Below the pieces are notes generated by a model. The model was not told the DNA's origin, ran no database searches, and saw nothing but the letters and a program-made list of their open reading frames with translations. The translations under genes were made by a program, and so were the position numbers. Positions 7,023 to 8,107 of a DNA stretch of 8,107 nt are shown here, in pieces. This DNA comes from Octopus sinensis. Lineage: Eukaryota. The number at the start of each line of letters is the position of its first letter. The stretch's first letter is position 1. The stretch lies in contig NW_021828546.1 of assembly GCF_006345805.1 (NCBI RefSeq), positions 1-8,107 on the forward strand, given 5' to 3'.

Positions 7023-8107
7023 TTAATTAAAGGCCTCACGAGACACCCGACCAGCCTCGCGAATGGCGAAACCGTCCCCTCGGATCACAGCAATCGACAG
7101 ACGTTCCAGGAGCCAAGAAAACTCTCTTGGATCGTGACTAGTCCTTGAAATCCGTCGACCGAGCGAGCGAAGGAAGCGGAGTGTCTTGGGACCGAAGATC
7201 CCGGAGGACTCCACGGCAATTGGAGTAAAGAGCAGCGAGTTGGAGAGGTGGCCGTACTTGAGAATCTTTCGCTCCTCGGCCTGCCTGGAAGCGTGCCCAG
7301 GAGCGAGATTTATCAGCGAGAACGTGTCCGAGCAGGTAGAATCCCAAATAAGGGATTTCCCCTGCTCGTAGGGGAAGGTGGACATGCCGTCAGGGCGTTT
7401 GCCATCCTCTCTATCCAATCCAACAGGTTCAAGGATTGACGGGATGCCTGCTGAAGCGAGGGCTCTCTGTATGACTGAGTTGAGTTCACTGTGACGGGGG
7501 GCACGACCGGCACTCCGCCGGCAAGCGAGGGGATGCAAACCGTACTCGTCAACAGTTCCCCCACAACGGCATTTGTGCGTCTGGCAGATTTTCAGCCCGT
7601 CACGGAGGGAGATTGCAATTTTTAGGCATTCCTTGTCCAACAGGTTCCCGATGGAAGGGAGAGGGAGAGCCTTTAACCAGACACCGCTGCCTTCACAGCG
7701 ACCTGCACGGAGGCAAGCGACACGGTGTTGATTGGAGACAGGAAGCAGGCCTTCGAAGATTGCCTGACAAGAGATTTCGTCCCATTTACGCTGTGCAGAT
7801 TGAGAATTGGGCAGCTTCGAACCAAACCGAGCCTCCCATCGACCACGGGCTGCAGAGTAAACTTCAGACAATTTCCGTTCGGGGAGGTTTCTAAGAACGA
7901 TGTCTGAGAGAGTACGAGAAGCGTGATGAGCGGATAGGAATGCCGGGAGGGCAAGATCGGATAGGATCTCAAGCCAAGGCCGCCCCAGCGTACAGGCAGG
8001 GATGCCTGAGTCCAACCTGGATCGTCGAAAGCCAGATTGCAAAGAGAGCTCGTACCGAACCTGAGGATATTGTCAAGGTCGGAAAGAAGGTCGCCTCTTT
8101 GAAAGCA
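7023..8107 (-). mobile_element. CRE-clade-like non-LTR retrotransposon, 3' part of ORF: RT thumb, CCHC zinc knuckle and restriction-like endonuclease; truncated by window edge; one frameshift near 7963
   Basis: From 8107 the frame reads CFQRGDLLSDLDNILRFG...WTQASLPVRWGGLGLRS. It shifts at ~7963 into the 339-aa track frame LSDLALPAFLS...WLKALP...CRCGGTVDEYGLHPLAC...RHSELN...LEP...RPDG...IWDSTC...AEERKILKY...PIAVESSGIFG...RLSIAVIRG, ending at stop 7023. These are the CxC..H..C, RH, E, RPD, D and K..KY motifs of RLE-type elements. GC is 35/60 at 7201-7260 versus 12/60 at 421-480. Confidence 0.9.

Noticed and set aside
7138-7972. Several short overlapping ORFs on both strands
   Set aside because: These are alternative-frame or antisense products of GC-rich retrotransposon coding DNA; 7673-7972 is the out-of-frame run-on after the frameshift.

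Overview
AT-rich eukaryotic genomic DNA, not prokaryotic. The first ~1.1 kb holds an apparently intact reticulon-domain gene (+) split by ultrashort 26-29 nt GT-AG introns and read in the standard code. This points to a compact-intron eukaryote; a reduced animal parasite such as a dicyemid, orthonectid or myxozoan is my inference only. The rest is a mosaic of mobile-element relics and broken gene copies. In order: a probable decayed Ty3/Gypsy integrase, a ~215-bp MITE with hierarchical internal repeats, a decayed R4/NeSL-like reverse transcriptase, and a deleted hAT (Buster/Charlie) transposase bounded by a perfect 40-bp inverted repeat. Next come an unassigned 95-aa ORF, an interstitial CCCTAA-variant array, a Helitron-like 3' end, an ankyrin-repeat pseudogene, a 5'-truncated 5S rRNA copy and a proteasome beta-subunit fragment. 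The window ends in the GC-rich 3' part of a CRE-like RLE non-LTR retrotransposon. The most unusual structure is the Buster relic, whose target site and flank are inverted rather than directly duplicated. I cannot demonstrate a wholly new biological system from this window alone. All family calls come from motif recognition by eye, not database searches.
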